From Candidatus Latescibacterota bacterium (GTDB lineage: Bacteria > Latescibacterota > UBA2968), in contig OZ242195.1 in NCBI GenBank assembly GCA_965205975.1, positions 832,001-896,000 of the forward strand: DNA of 64,000 nt. Reading direction: 5' to 3'. Both the position numbers and the translations under genes were made by a program. Shown here piece by piece: positions 9,389 through 19,407 of this stretch; position 1 is the first letter of the stretch, and every line of letters begins with the position of its first letter. The notes under the pieces were generated by a model. It ran no database searches. It was not told the origin of the DNA and was given only the letters and a program-made list of their open reading frames with translations.

Positions 9389-10813
9389 TTACCTCTGCAA
9401 ACATGACGGATCTACTTCCACAGAATTTGCTGTGTGTTTGTCCAGTTGATCAGACAATTGGTGGACAACATCTGCATATTCTGGATCTCGTGCTACATTT
9501 GTGAATTCTTCTGGATCAGCGTACACATCTGCGAGGAAGATATCTTCATCTTCAGGTTTCGGTTTTTCGCCATTGAGCAACACATTTTTATCAAGGCGAT
9601 ACTGACTCGTGCGTATGCAGCTTCGCCGTGGCCAACCGCGATTGCCATACCAGTCGCCACGGCCACCATTGGGTGCCATCTTGCTGAATGGCTGGCCATA
9701 TCCGATTGTAGAGTAGATACAGGCGGGTGGTGGATCGGTGAAAAGATCGCGGCCTTTGAATTGCGAAGGTGTCTCGATGTTGGCAAAAGAAAAGAGTGTG
9801 CGTGCAATGTCCAGACTGTCGCAGATGTCATCCCGCACTTGCTCTGCAGGTATGGTGCCTGGCCAGGAGATTAGAAGTGGCACGCGATGCACTGTGGGCG
9901 TGTAAGTCAGTTTTTCGAAGGCGCCGGTCTCGCCAAGTGGATTGCCGTGGTCCGCACCAAATACGATGAGCGTTTGTTCCTGTCGCCCCGTTTTCTCAAG
10001 AAAATCTAAGGTCCGTCCGACTTGAGCGTCGATCCAGGCGATCTGTGCGTAGTAGTGAAGGCGTCCTGCACGGAGTTTTTCGGGATCCATTCTGGCCACA
10101 CCAAAAACTTCGGCAACGCGTTTTTCAAATGCGGAGAGGGTGTCAGGCAGCGGATCGGGAAGACCGGGATCCTGATCGTCGAGCAGCTTTACATATTGTG
10201 CTGGCGGTAATACCGGTGTGTGGGGCTGAAGAAGGGAAACGCGCACGAGATAAGGGGAGGTTGCCGTTTGGAGCCAGTGTAAGGCTTTTTCAACGACTGA
10301 GTCGGGAGGATAGGGTTCGCCGTCTGGGAAAATACCGCCGTGCATGCCGCCGTAGGGCGAGCGGATCATCTGCACAGCGTCTTCGCCAAGATGTTCCCAG
10401 ATTTTCATTTCGCCACCCGTTCCGTCGTGGTATTGGAAGATTTCATGCTCTGGATTGGCACCTGGACGTATTTCGGGGGCAACGTGGATCTTTCCAAAAT
10501 TGGCAGTTGAATAGCCGTTCTGTGAAAATACGTTAGGGAAAGTTTGCAAGATACGGGGCAACCGGAAATTTGGCCATGCACCTTCGTTGTTGTACACGCC
10601 TGTGTCTTCGGGATATAGACCCGTTAGCGTGCAATATCTGGAAGCAACACAAACAGGCGCATTGCAAAAGTTATTTGTGAATCGCACACCGCTACTCGCC
10701 AAACGGTCGAGATTTGGCGTGCGCAACTGCAATCTGGGATGCCCATAACAGGCCAGTGCGTCGGTGCGCAGTTCGTCACAGTAAATCCAGATAATATCAG
10801 GTTTTTCAGGCAT
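9389..10813 (-). CDS. Sulfatase (formylglycine type, CxAxR variant)
   Basis: DELR, TPNLDRLA, CVASR, GKIH, ADHG, VPLLISWP. Confidence 0.9.
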   Translation of the reverse strand: MPEKPDIIWIYCDELRTDALACYGHPRLQLRTPNLDRLASSGVRFTNNFCNAPVCVASRYCTLTGLYPEDTGVYNNEGAWPNFRLPRILQTFPNVFSQNGYSTANFGKIHVAPEIRPGANPEHEIFQYHDGTGGEMKIWEHLGEDAVQMIRSPYGGMHGGIFPDGEPYPPDSVVEKALHWLQTATSPYLVRVSLLQPHTPVLPPAQYVKLLDDQDPGLPDPLPDTLSAFEKRVAEVFGVARMDPEKLRAGRLHYYAQIAWIDAQVGRTLDFLEKTGRQEQTLIVFGADHGNPLGETGAFEKLTYTPTVHRVPLLISWPGTIPAEQVRDDICDSLDIARTLFSFANIETPSQFKGRDLFTDPPPACIYSTIGYGQPFSKMAPNGGRGDWYGNRGWPRRSCIRTSQYRLDKNVLLNGEKPKPEDEDIFLADVYADPEEFTNVARDPEYADVVHQLSDQLDKHTANSVEVDPSCLQR

Positions 10814-10834
10814 AAAAAGTTCGGCCTTTGTTTT

Positions 10835-12109
10835 TTAGATGTCTTTTTCGGGGACAACTGCGCCGTGTAGCACGAGTAGATCGTGTAAATCAGAAAGCGG
10901 AACGTCACCGGGGGTTGTTTCCAAACGCACAGATACTGCGGCTGCGGCGCCCGCTGCCTGTCCCATAGCCATTGAGGATGCCTGTACTCGCAAAGCAGAA
11001 TTTGCAAGTCGGTCACTGCTCACACTGCGTCCAGCGACGAGTAAATTATGACTGTTTTTAGGGATCAGTGCGCGTAGTGGAACTGTTGCAACTGTGCCTT
11101 CAGGCAGAGGTAGGGGCCTTACACCGTCTTTGTCATGGAGGTCAATCGGATAAAAAGAGTACGATACAGCGTCCTCAAAATGTCGGCCACTGGTATAATC
11201 ATCGTGGGTTATCTGCACCTCTCCAACAATGCGATAAGTTTCGCGCACAGCGGTTTCTGCCTGCGCTTTTAAAACGCGGGCATTTTTGCATCCAGGCAGT
11301 GAACGTACAAACCGCAAAATCCGCAACAAAGATTGTCGCCCTGCAATGTTGGTTTTTGTATGCCTATCAGAGGTCGATGCATCAGCGCCAAATACATGCT
11401 GGGCATTTTCTCCGCCTTTTCCAAGGTAGCCGATGAACCGTGCGCGCGGATTGCTTACATCGCCGTGTTGTAATCGGCCATCTTTCATGGCTGCGATAAA
11501 CTGTCTCTGTATGACATCTTCGTCCAGCGTATCAACATCATAACCACCCAGTTTAAAAATCAATGTGCCCGGTTGTGTTTCTTCTTCGCGCAAACGAGGA
11601 AAACCGATCTGGCCCACAATATTTGCTCCGCCAGTGCAGTCAATTAACTGTTTGGTCAGGATGGTGCGCCGCAGGTTTTTTCCGACAGTCTCGATTTTCC
11701 AACCTCTGTCTGTTTCTACAACTTGCGTCGGTATTTCATAAAAGTGCAATTGCACACCTGCTTGGGTACAGGCTTCTTCTGCAAGTGCCGCATATACAGG
11801 GCCATTGATGCGTATCTGGTGCATCCAATGGCGCTCAGGAGAGACTGAAAAATCCGGCAGTTGCCCACTGTCAAGTGCGACTGCTTTTACAACCAGTTCC
11901 CATCCAATGCCCGCGACAATCTGCTTTCCCCAGGCATGAAAAAGCCCGGGGAAGGAAACGCCGCCTGTTGTGGTGACACCGCCGAGTTGACTGCCAGATT
12001 CAACCAGAGCCGTGCGAAGTCCCGCGCGACCCCCTTGTATGGCAGCAATCGTGCCCGCTGTGCCTCCGCCAACTACGAGCACATCTACATCGTCTTTCAT
12101 ATGCTCCAT
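10835..12109 (-). CDS. FAD-dependent oxidoreductase
   Basis: VVGGGTAG Rossmann motif, IDCTGG, RETYRIVG, NLLVAGRSVSSD...SALRV..MAMGQAAG. Confidence 0.88.
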   Translation of the reverse strand: MEHMKDDVDVLVVGGGTAGTIAAIQGGRAGLRTALVESGSQLGGVTTTGGVSFPGLFHAWGKQIVAGIGWELVVKAVALDSGQLPDFSVSPERHWMHQIRINGPVYAALAEEACTQAGVQLHFYEIPTQVVETDRGWKIETVGKNLRRTILTKQLIDCTGGANIVGQIGFPRLREEETQPGTLIFKLGGYDVDTLDEDVIQRQFIAAMKDGRLQHGDVSNPRARFIGYLGKGGENAQHVFGADASTSDRHTKTNIAGRQSLLRILRFVRSLPGCKNARVLKAQAETAVRETYRIVGEVQITHDDYTSGRHFEDAVSYSFYPIDLHDKDGVRPLPLPEGTVATVPLRALIPKNSHNLLVAGRSVSSDRLANSALRVQASSMAMGQAAGAAAAVSVRLETTPGDVPLSDLHDLLVLHGAVVPEKDI

Positions 12110-12125
12110 ATTTTCTTACCCCAAA

Positions 12126-12266
12126 CTATATTTTGTGGGCGGCCTCAAACAGGGCATTACACTCGAACTCGAGAATACCGCCGATTACTTTGGTTTGCCG
12201 AAATGGAGTACGGCGAGCCACCTCTTTGGCGCGGATATCGATTTGCCGCCAACCGAGGCTTTGCAG
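12126..12266 (-). pseudogene. 3' part of the gene interrupted by the tnpB element
   Basis: LQSLGWRQIDI...AAHKI* joins in frame with the 13638..13898 fragment when the element is removed. Confidence 0.6.
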
Positions 12267-12307
12267 GTGACTACTCCCAACGATAGAGCAGTTGGACTTC
12301 TTGGCGG

Positions 12308-13432
12308 TCAATCCGCCTGACGTTGTAGCCCCAACGTCAATATGTTTATCGCAGCATTGTGGTCTCTGTCCGTCTTATAACCACACGCCTTGCAATGATG
12401 CACACGCTGAGAAAGTGGTTTTTTCTCTCTATGTCCGCATGCTGAGCAATCTTGTGACGTATAGTCAGGCTTGACGGCCTTGAATCCAATACCAGCTTCT
12501 TCCGCTTTGTATTCGAGACAGTGCCGAAACAGGGACCATGCTACGTCTGCTATTGATTTAGACAATCGTCTGTTCTTTTGCATCTCTTTAACGTCCAATT
12601 TCTCGACGGCTATGAATCCGTGACGATTGACCATTTTTCTTGATTCTTGATGTGCAAAGTTATGTCGTTTATTACGGATACGCTCATGCACTCTACCAAT
12701 GACTTTACGACGCTTTTCTCTTGTGGGGTCGGTCTTGGAGCTTTTTTTTACCGCGTCCCATTTGCGCTGTGCTTTGGCAAGAGATTTCTCTTCTTTGCGA
12801 AAGAATCTCTGATTCTCTATTTTCTGTCCGTCACTGGTCACAGCAAAGGAATTGAGACCCACGTCAATGCCAACAGCAGAGTTAGTGTTTGGTTTCTTAT
12901 CTTTTTCGCCAATATCGCAAGAGATAGATACAAACCATTTGCCTGTTGCGGTGCGTGTGATTGTGCAAGACTTAGGGATACCTAAGAGTGACCTGTGCTG
13001 GACAATGCGAATGCAACCAATACTGCCCAATCGCAAGCCCTTGTTGTCCAATCGGCATCCATTGGCAAACTGAGGATAGGTGATAGAATCATAGCGATTC
13101 TCATTCTTGTATCTGGGAAAGCCCGCTTTCTCGCCTGTCTTTGACTTCTCTTTGAGACGCCGAAAGAATCCTTTGAATGCCAAATCTACTCTCTGTGATA
13201 CTTGTTGCAACACTTGACTATATACGTGCTTGAATGCGGAGTGTTGCTGTTTTAACAATGGTATTGTTTTGGTCTGGTCATATTGCGAGAGAGACTGATT
13301 CTCATTTTTCCATGCTTGTATTCTGGCACAGAGTAATTGATTATAGAGAATACGACATTCGTCAATATGCGCCAGCAAGATTTGTTCTTGCTTTTTGGTC
13401 GGACGCAATCTGTATTTGAATGACTTAACCAT
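12308..13432 (-). CDS. tnpB: RNA-guided endonuclease TnpB
   Basis: FKYRLRPT N-terminus; RuvC residues in GIDVG, AVEKL and DRDHNAAINI; zinc ribbon CSAC...CKAC. Confidence 0.95.
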   Translation of the reverse strand: MVKSFKYRLRPTKKQEQILLAHIDECRILYNQLLCARIQAWKNENQSLSQYDQTKTIPLLKQQHSAFKHVYSQVLQQVSQRVDLAFKGFFRRLKEKSKTGEKAGFPRYKNENRYDSITYPQFANGCRLDNKGLRLGSIGCIRIVQHRSLLGIPKSCTITRTATGKWFVSISCDIGEKDKKPNTNSAVGIDVGLNSFAVTSDGQKIENQRFFRKEEKSLAKAQRKWDAVKKSSKTDPTREKRRKVIGRVHERIRNKRHNFAHQESRKMVNRHGFIAVEKLDVKEMQKNRRLSKSIADVAWSLFRHCLEYKAEEAGIGFKAVKPDYTSQDCSACGHREKKPLSQRVHHCKACGYKTDRDHNAAINILTLGLQRQAD

Positions 13433-13438
13433 AATAAA

Positions 13439-13466
13439 AATATACACTTATGTATTATTTTGTCAA
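13439..13466 (-). promoter_or_regulatory. sigma70 promoter for tnpB (likely leaderless)
   Basis: TTGACA-16 nt-TATATT, ending 6 nt before ATG 13432. Confidence 0.6.
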
Positions 13467-13637
13467 GTGTAATATGGAATGAGTTTTGTTGATGAAGTGC
13501 TGGCGCACTTGTACACCGCTCCACAGCCGCCGATAGTCCCTTGAGGACTATCCCATAGGCTAAAGCCGCCCCATAAATTCTATGCGCTTCGCCATGCGAC
13601 CCAACGCTAAAGTTGTTGGGTTTTACGCGCATTTCTG

Positions 13638-13898
13638 ATAACGAATTTGCCCGATCCGCCCGGCTTCCTCCTCGGCAACCGAGACATGCGCGATACCCAG
13701 GATTTCCTCACCCTCAACTGCGCAGAGAAATTGCTCCGTTCCGAGGTTTGTATATGGCTGTTCATCAAACGGCTTGTGAATACAGCCCCATTCGAACTCG
13801 TGTCGTGAAACAGGGTAGCGGTGGGGCAGAGTTCCTATGCGTGAGTTGTAAAATGCACGGAAGTCTGCTCCTACCATGTCACTTTCGACGATCTTCAA
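13638..13898 (-). pseudogene. 5' part of a GNAT-like gene interrupted by the tnpB element
   Basis: FLCAVEGEEILGIAHV strands are GNAT-like; the frame breaks at the TTAT insertion site. Confidence 0.6.
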
Positions 13899-13971
13899 TC
13901 AGTATCTCTTGTGGTTGCTGGTGTTGAGATTTTTGGTTTTGCCCGCCATAAACAGGGCAGTCGGATTCATT

Positions 13972-14436
13972 TTATTCGCTTGAGTCGCGCCTCCTGGCGA
14001 GCATTTCTTCTCGCACCTTCCTCTTCAAGCGCTCCAGTTCTGTCTTTTCTGCTTTCTTCCGATTGCGTTCCGTGGCCGCTGAAGCATATTGCTCTCTACT
14101 CGTCCTCACCTTGTCCAGCCATTCTCGTCGTGTGGACAGGATCTCTGGGCTACTCTTGGTACCATAGCTGAGATTGTTCAGGAAGTCGATTATCTCGTTA
14201 GGCTTCCCGCCGATGAGATCGCGTGCTCCTGGTGCCGACAGTCCGCCTTCGAGTTCCCAGTGATACCTGTGAATCAGAGTATCGATCAGGATCATTTTTT
14301 CTTGAACTGATCGCGCGACCCTATACTTTTGCACGTATTCTTTAAGGAACGCTGTCATGCCGGATGCAATAAGGTGTTTGCCTCGAATCCCGGCTGCGCC
14401 TTGCACCCAAAATCGCGCACACCATCGCACCATCAC
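13972..14436 (-). CDS. Hypothetical protein, probably N-terminally truncated
   Basis: Protein-like core EKMILIDTLIHRYHWE...IIDFLNNLSYG; the first ~15 codons look non-coding. Confidence 0.5.
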   Translation of the reverse strand: MMVRWCARFWVQGAAGIRGKHLIASGMTAFLKEYVQKYRVARSVQEKMILIDTLIHRYHWELEGGLSAPGARDLIGGKPNEIIDFLNNLSYGTKSSPEILSTRREWLDKVRTSREQYASAATERNRKKAEKTELERLKRKVREEMLARRRDSSE

Positions 14437-15560
14437 ACCATCGTCTCCAAATACACCTTCAACGCTGTAGCCAGATCGCGGCCAAATACACGCGCCAGTT
14501 CTGGACTCGTATCCAGATCGCCCACATTGGCATAGGGAAACTCAATTGCCGTTGCCAATTGAACGCCCGGCAATTCACCCGCCCACCGCCCAAAGCTCTT
14601 GCCAGTTGCATAATTTTCTGCCGTATTCCACTCCACCCCAAAGGGCAAATTATCCGCTGCACAAAAGGGCAAGCCGCCCGTTCGTTCCGCTTCCAAAATA
14701 TGCGAAAACCGCATCTGTTCCTGCCAGGGGGCTTCTGACTCAGACCCCACCAGATAAATCGTCTCATTTCGATTACTACGAATCCACGGACAGTGCAGAT
14801 CAATCGCTACCTTCAGTTTGCCAGCACTCCAATCCGGCACCCTTTCTCGAATCACAGCCGTTTCAATATGCACACTCTCCCCGACATAATCCCGGTTGTG
14901 ATCCCTCGGCTTCCGATTCTTCCCCTGATCGCCATCCTCCACACCGTCTTTATCCACAAACGGAATCACCAGACATTCAACCCGTCCCTGAAACCAACGC
15001 CCCAAATCATCCTCACCAAGTATCGCTGCCATCATGCCTTCCAGCACGTATGACTGCATCATCTCACAGCAGTGGTGTCGCGCCGCAATCAACACGCGCA
15101 GATCCGCCCCACCGTCCAGCCGCCCCACATACAACATCTCAACATCATGTCCTTTGCGCGTCTCGCACAACGTCTCAGCCACCAGATAGTCCGAATCCAC
15201 ATACGACGCCAAAAACCGGTCCAGGTCGGCCTGCACATACGGCATCCCAAAACTGAACCGCACATCATCCGCGTCATTCGCAAACGCATACACAAACGAC
15301 TGTCCATCCACCGCATCATTACCCAACCAGCGCCACGTCACCCCACCGTCTTCACTCATCCCAGGACCACGCGTGCCAATCACATTGCTGCCGGTAAAGT
15401 GAAACCGCACGGTTCGGCCTGCTGCGCCACGCACCCGAAAATACCAGTAGAACCAGTCGCGATCCGTATCGCGCAGATCCTGCCGAAGAAACACATCATC
15501 ATCGTCAATTCGTTCAGCGATGATATTCCCACCCGGAAAATCACAATCTATCATAATCAT
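14433..15560 (-). CDS. M14 zinc carboxypeptidase family protein
   Basis: DFPGGN, WFYWYFRV, ARHHCCE (HxxE), DHNRDY, IDLHCP. Confidence 0.85.
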   Translation of the reverse strand: MIMIDCDFPGGNIIAERIDDDDVFLRQDLRDTDRDWFYWYFRVRGAAGRTVRFHFTGSNVIGTRGPGMSEDGGVTWRWLGNDAVDGQSFVYAFANDADDVRFSFGMPYVQADLDRFLASYVDSDYLVAETLCETRKGHDVEMLYVGRLDGGADLRVLIAARHHCCEMMQSYVLEGMMAAILGEDDLGRWFQGRVECLVIPFVDKDGVEDGDQGKNRKPRDHNRDYVGESVHIETAVIRERVPDWSAGKLKVAIDLHCPWIRSNRNETIYLVGSESEAPWQEQMRFSHILEAERTGGLPFCAADNLPFGVEWNTAENYATGKSFGRWAGELPGVQLATAIEFPYANVGDLDTSPELARVFGRDLATALKVYLETMV

Positions 15561-15623
15561 TGAACACGCTTCTTTATGATGTCGATTTGCATTTACTCCT
15601 CCACTATCCATTGGAGCGGTAAT

Positions 15624-16139
15624 CTAGATAGACAATGGGCGACGGAGCCGGATTTGGCGTCCGTTGTCTCGAACACCGCCATCACGTTTCCACCCCATCG
15701 CCTCGTAGAAGGCGATCCCGCGTTCATAACCCTTAACAGTCCAAACTATCGCTTCATTATAACCGTCGGCAACGAGATGACGAAACGCGAGCGAGGCCAA
15801 CGCCTTGCCGATGCCGATGCGCCAATACGAGGGGTCAATGGCGATGGTATCGAGTTCCCCTAATGTGGCGTCAACGGGATCGCGGCTGGGACCGATGCCG
15901 ACAAAACCGACAACCTTACCCGTATGCTCTGCGACCCACCACCGGTGCGGGGCAGACTTGGCAAGATCGCCGCGCCAACGCTCAACAAGTTCTGGTGTGA
16001 CGATGCGATTGGACTGCTCGATGAGTTCACCGAATCCTGCATTCCACGAATCGATATATATACGTGTGACGACTTCGGCGTCCACCGCAGCGGCCGATCG
16101 GATCGTTGGCCAAGGTTTTCGTGGATGTGCGTGTTCCAA
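15624..16139 (-). CDS. GNAT N-acetyltransferase
   Basis: IDPSYWRIGIGKAL; FYEAMGWKRDG. Confidence 0.88.
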   Translation of the reverse strand: MEHAHPRKPWPTIRSAAAVDAEVVTRIYIDSWNAGFGELIEQSNRIVTPELVERWRGDLAKSAPHRWWVAEHTGKVVGFVGIGPSRDPVDATLGELDTIAIDPSYWRIGIGKALASLAFRHLVADGYNEAIVWTVKGYERGIAFYEAMGWKRDGGVRDNGRQIRLRRPLSI

Positions 16140-16150
16140 CTCGCCTATTC

Positions 16151-16456
16151 CTATACGGACTTGTAGAGGCTACCATCCGTGGTTGGACGGATGTCAGGAC
16201 ACGGCGCGCCGCGATCGGCAAGGTGTCGAACGAATTCCACAATGGTTTTGGGATGGGTCGAGCCGTCCCACCCCGGATTCACGCGGAACACAACGCGTCC
16301 TTCCCGCAGACTATCACAAAAAAAGACGCACCGCGAATTCGCCCTGCGGACGCTGGTTACTTCCAGATCCCAGAATCGCTTGCAGAGATCCATAATTTCT
16401 GGCTGATCAGGCAGTGGGCCTGTTTCGTCTCTATATCTGGGATAGCGTGGTTCCAT
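16151..16456 (-). pseudogene. N-terminal fragment of a phosphotransferase (APH/homoserine kinase II fold)
   Basis: VVFRV...VEFVRHLADRGAPCPDIRPTTDG N-lobe; stops before the catalytic HxD. Confidence 0.6.
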
Positions 16457-16496
16457 TGGTTTTCTCGGACCAGGACTGGCCGTAGCGGCGCGAAGA

Positions 16497-16652
16497 TTAT
16501 AGGTGGTGCATAGCCCCAACAGCGTCGAGTCGATATTGGTTGCCATCGTATGCAATCGTCGTAACGGAGCATTCACGCATTACTTCACCACTGTATGGGT
16601 CATTGCAGATTGCCCAAGTTGGCCTGTCGTGTCTTGGTTTCGGGTTGCTCAT
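16497..16652 (-). CDS. Possible 51-aa small ORF or gene fragment
   Basis: AAGGA SD then MSNPKPRHDRPTWAICNDPYSGEVMRECSVTTIAYDGNQYRLDAVGAMHHL*. Confidence 0.3.
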   Translation of the reverse strand: MSNPKPRHDRPTWAICNDPYSGEVMRECSVTTIAYDGNQYRLDAVGAMHHL

Positions 16653-16687
16653 GTATTCCTTAGAGATTTTTCAGGAGCATGTTTTTT

Positions 16688-19174
16688 TTATTCATTCCGC
16701 AAGGCATCTACAGGATTTGATCGAGCTGCCTTCATTGTCTGGAAACTCACTGTGATCATGGCAATAAGGAAAGCCAAGATACCACTTAACATAAAGAACT
16801 CAAATCCAAGATCTACCCGATACGCATAATTCTGAAGCCACTGCCACAGGGCATAGTAGCCAATCGGCCAGGCCAAGAGATTTGCAAGTGCGACCAACTT
16901 TGCAAAATCACTGGATAGCAACATAACAATATTGGATACAGACGCTCCCAATACCTTGCGAATGCCGATTTCTTTTGTACGGTATTGCACACTCAATGTG
17001 GCCAACCCAAGTAACCCCAAGCAGGCAATCAAAATACCAAGGGTTGAAAAGAAACCAAAAATATAGCTCAGTTTTCTTTCATTTTTATAGATTCGATCCA
17101 AATTCTCATCAAGAAAAGAAAATGTGAATGGACGATTGGGTATATACCTTTCCCAGACTTTTTGTACAAATGCCAGTGTTTGAGATAAATCTTCAGATTT
17201 GACCTCTAGGTATAGTAGCCTTGCCTCATGAAATTCTGCAACCAATACGAGTCGTCCGATTTTTTCGTCAAGAGGTTTGTAATGAAAATTTTTGACAACA
17301 CCGACGACTGTGCCGGAGCGTAGTCCATCTGGGTAGAACGTGCCTCCAACCTTCCAATCAAATCGTTTCCCTATTGGATTTGTCCAACCCAATTGCTCGA
17401 CCGCTGTTTCATTCAAGATAAACTGCTCGTCTAATTTTTCCCTCAGTCTTTGCGGGTTTGTTGTTTCGGCATATGATCGCGTGAAATTCCGGCCTGATAC
17501 GCATTTAATGCCATAGAAATCTAGAAAATCCTCATCCACGATTATCACATCCATACTGTACGTGGATTTTCCTTCGGGATGGAATGTCTCTACTGTTGCT
17601 CCTTCTCCAACAGGGCCACGGGTGGTTGTTGCTCTGAGAATATTGGGATGCGTCGTGAATGCCTGCTTGATGGCGTTGTATTGGCTCTTGAAAAGCGTGG
17701 GATTGATCATCTGGTTGCTATTCGCTGCCTCAAAAATTGGAACTTCAATAATCTGCTCGCGGTCGAATCCCAAATTTTTATTTCGAAGAAATTTCTGTTG
17801 ACTGTAAACACCCCAAGTGACAACCATCAATAAAATGGCAAGAGCAAATTGTCCTACAACCAAACTCTTGCGAAGCCGAGTAGAGACGTTTGTAGCGGAT
17901 TTACCTCTCAACATTGAAACAGGGCGAAATGTCGATAAGACAAATGCCGGATAACTCCCTGCCAGAATACCGACGATGAATATAAGACCGAAAAGGCTGA
18001 GCAATAACTGGGTTGTGTTGACATTGAGTGTAATAGCGCGATCAAAAAACGAATTGAAAGTTGGCAATGCCAATTCTACCAACACCAAAGCCAAGATAAG
18101 CGCCATACAAGCAAAAAATATAGATTCGCCCAAAAATTGTGTGATGAGCTGCAATCGGTTTGCACCGACAACCTTACGAAGCCCGACCTCTCGCCTCCGC
18201 CCAATTGCACGAGCAGTTGTTAGGTTTATAAAATTCACACAGGCAATTACTAAAATAAAAATAGCAAGCAAAGAAAACAAATACACATTTTGAATGTCAC
18301 CATGAGGTTTACTGGTCTCTGGAGTACCACGATTCTCAATTTTGATGACATAATCATGATTGGAGTATAGATGGATGCGGTTTAGGGGCTGCAAATGATA
18401 TTGAATGTTATTTGCAGTTGCTTCGCCCAGGTATTTCGGAATCAGATCTGAAAGTTTGCCTTCAAGTTGATTCGCATCATAACCTTCTTTAAGCAAAATA
18501 TAGCTTTCTACAGGACGCCCCCCTCTCGGTTTCCAAGCCATCCATTTTTCTTCCCATCGCCCATTTTTAGTCGCCGATAAAATATCGAACCGAATGGCCG
18601 TCTGCGCAGGCATATTTTTTAAGACGCCTGTAACGTGATGCGCATAATCTTTGTCGTCTTCCTCGATCAGAATGGTTTTGCCAATCGGATTTTCAGTGCC
18701 AAACAGTTTGTGTGCAAGTCTTTGAGTGATTAAAACGGAACCTGGTTCTGAGAGAACCGTTTCGGGATCGCCTTGAATCAGTGGAAAGTCAAAAACCTGT
18801 AGAACATTCTCGTCTGTAAGGCAAAAGGCTTGTTTGTATATTCTCTTATTGTCAGCAATTATTGTTCTTTGCCAGCGATGGATACGCAAAGCCTCAGAAA
18901 TTTCAGGATATACATCCTGATTCAAGACTTCTACGAGACCTCCTAATGTGCGCTCACTAAAAGCTGCTTGGTCAACTGTTTTAGTCTCTCGAATCACCCT
19001 GTAAATTTGATCTCGATTCCTTTGGTGCTGATCAAAACCTAATTCATAGTCGATATAGAGGCCTATCAGGATACAACAAGCCAAACCAATGGCTAATCCG
19101 ATAATGTTCAGAGCTGAGTAGAAACGATGGTTTATCAGGTTTCTCAGCATTATTTTGAGATAATTTTTCAGCAT
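16688..19174 (-). CDS. ABC transporter permease, duplicated MacB/FtsX type
   Basis: MLKNYLKIMLRNL, LQPLNRIHLYS, IACVNFINL, EVGLRKVVGA, KEIGIRKVLGAS, NPVDALRNE. Confidence 0.93.
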   Translation of the reverse strand: MLKNYLKIMLRNLINHRFYSALNIIGLAIGLACCILIGLYIDYELGFDQHQRNRDQIYRVIRETKTVDQAAFSERTLGGLVEVLNQDVYPEISEALRIHRWQRTIIADNKRIYKQAFCLTDENVLQVFDFPLIQGDPETVLSEPGSVLITQRLAHKLFGTENPIGKTILIEEDDKDYAHHVTGVLKNMPAQTAIRFDILSATKNGRWEEKWMAWKPRGGRPVESYILLKEGYDANQLEGKLSDLIPKYLGEATANNIQYHLQPLNRIHLYSNHDYVIKIENRGTPETSKPHGDIQNVYLFSLLAIFILVIACVNFINLTTARAIGRRREVGLRKVVGANRLQLITQFLGESIFFACMALILALVLVELALPTFNSFFDRAITLNVNTTQLLLSLFGLIFIVGILAGSYPAFVLSTFRPVSMLRGKSATNVSTRLRKSLVVGQFALAILLMVVTWGVYSQQKFLRNKNLGFDREQIIEVPIFEAANSNQMINPTLFKSQYNAIKQAFTTHPNILRATTTRGPVGEGATVETFHPEGKSTYSMDVIIVDEDFLDFYGIKCVSGRNFTRSYAETTNPQRLREKLDEQFILNETAVEQLGWTNPIGKRFDWKVGGTFYPDGLRSGTVVGVVKNFHYKPLDEKIGRLVLVAEFHEARLLYLEVKSEDLSQTLAFVQKVWERYIPNRPFTFSFLDENLDRIYKNERKLSYIFGFFSTLGILIACLGLLGLATLSVQYRTKEIGIRKVLGASVSNIVMLLSSDFAKLVALANLLAWPIGYYALWQWLQNYAYRVDLGFEFFMLSGILAFLIAMITVSFQTMKAARSNPVDALRNE

Positions 19175-19407
19175 GTGTCTGCCCCCAAAGAAGTGATTTC
19201 GGTTATTGGCAATTTCAGTTTTCATGAAATCAACATAATGGATGCACTCTGGGGATTATTAACGAACTGTTACGGTAATTCATACCAAATCTATGTATCT
19301 CCGACCTTGCGGGAATTCTTCTCTTCAGAGGTTGTATTCCGAACATGTTCGCAGATGCTTCCTCTGGAGGCATCATTTCTATTCAGAACCCGCCTCCTTT
19401 CCCTCCA

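Larger units (their letters stand above)
12267..13637 (-). mobile_element. Non-autonomous IS200/IS605-family (IS1341-like) element, tnpB only
   Basis: Minus strand: TTAT target then CAGAAATGCG; left-end hairpin CCCAAC-AACTTTAGC-GTTGGG; matching right-end hairpin CCAAC-TGCTCTATC-GTTGG followed by GAGTAGTCAC; no tnpA. Confidence 0.88.

Noticed and set aside
12267..13637. tnpB element as an IStron (group I intron)
   Set aside because: The non-coding part is only about 190 nt, no P7 core is recognisable, and the element ends in TCAC rather than a terminal G.
19340..19351. CGAACATGTTCG as a LexA box
   Set aside because: The spacer is 2 nt, not the 4 nt of the GAAC-N4-GTTC SOS box.
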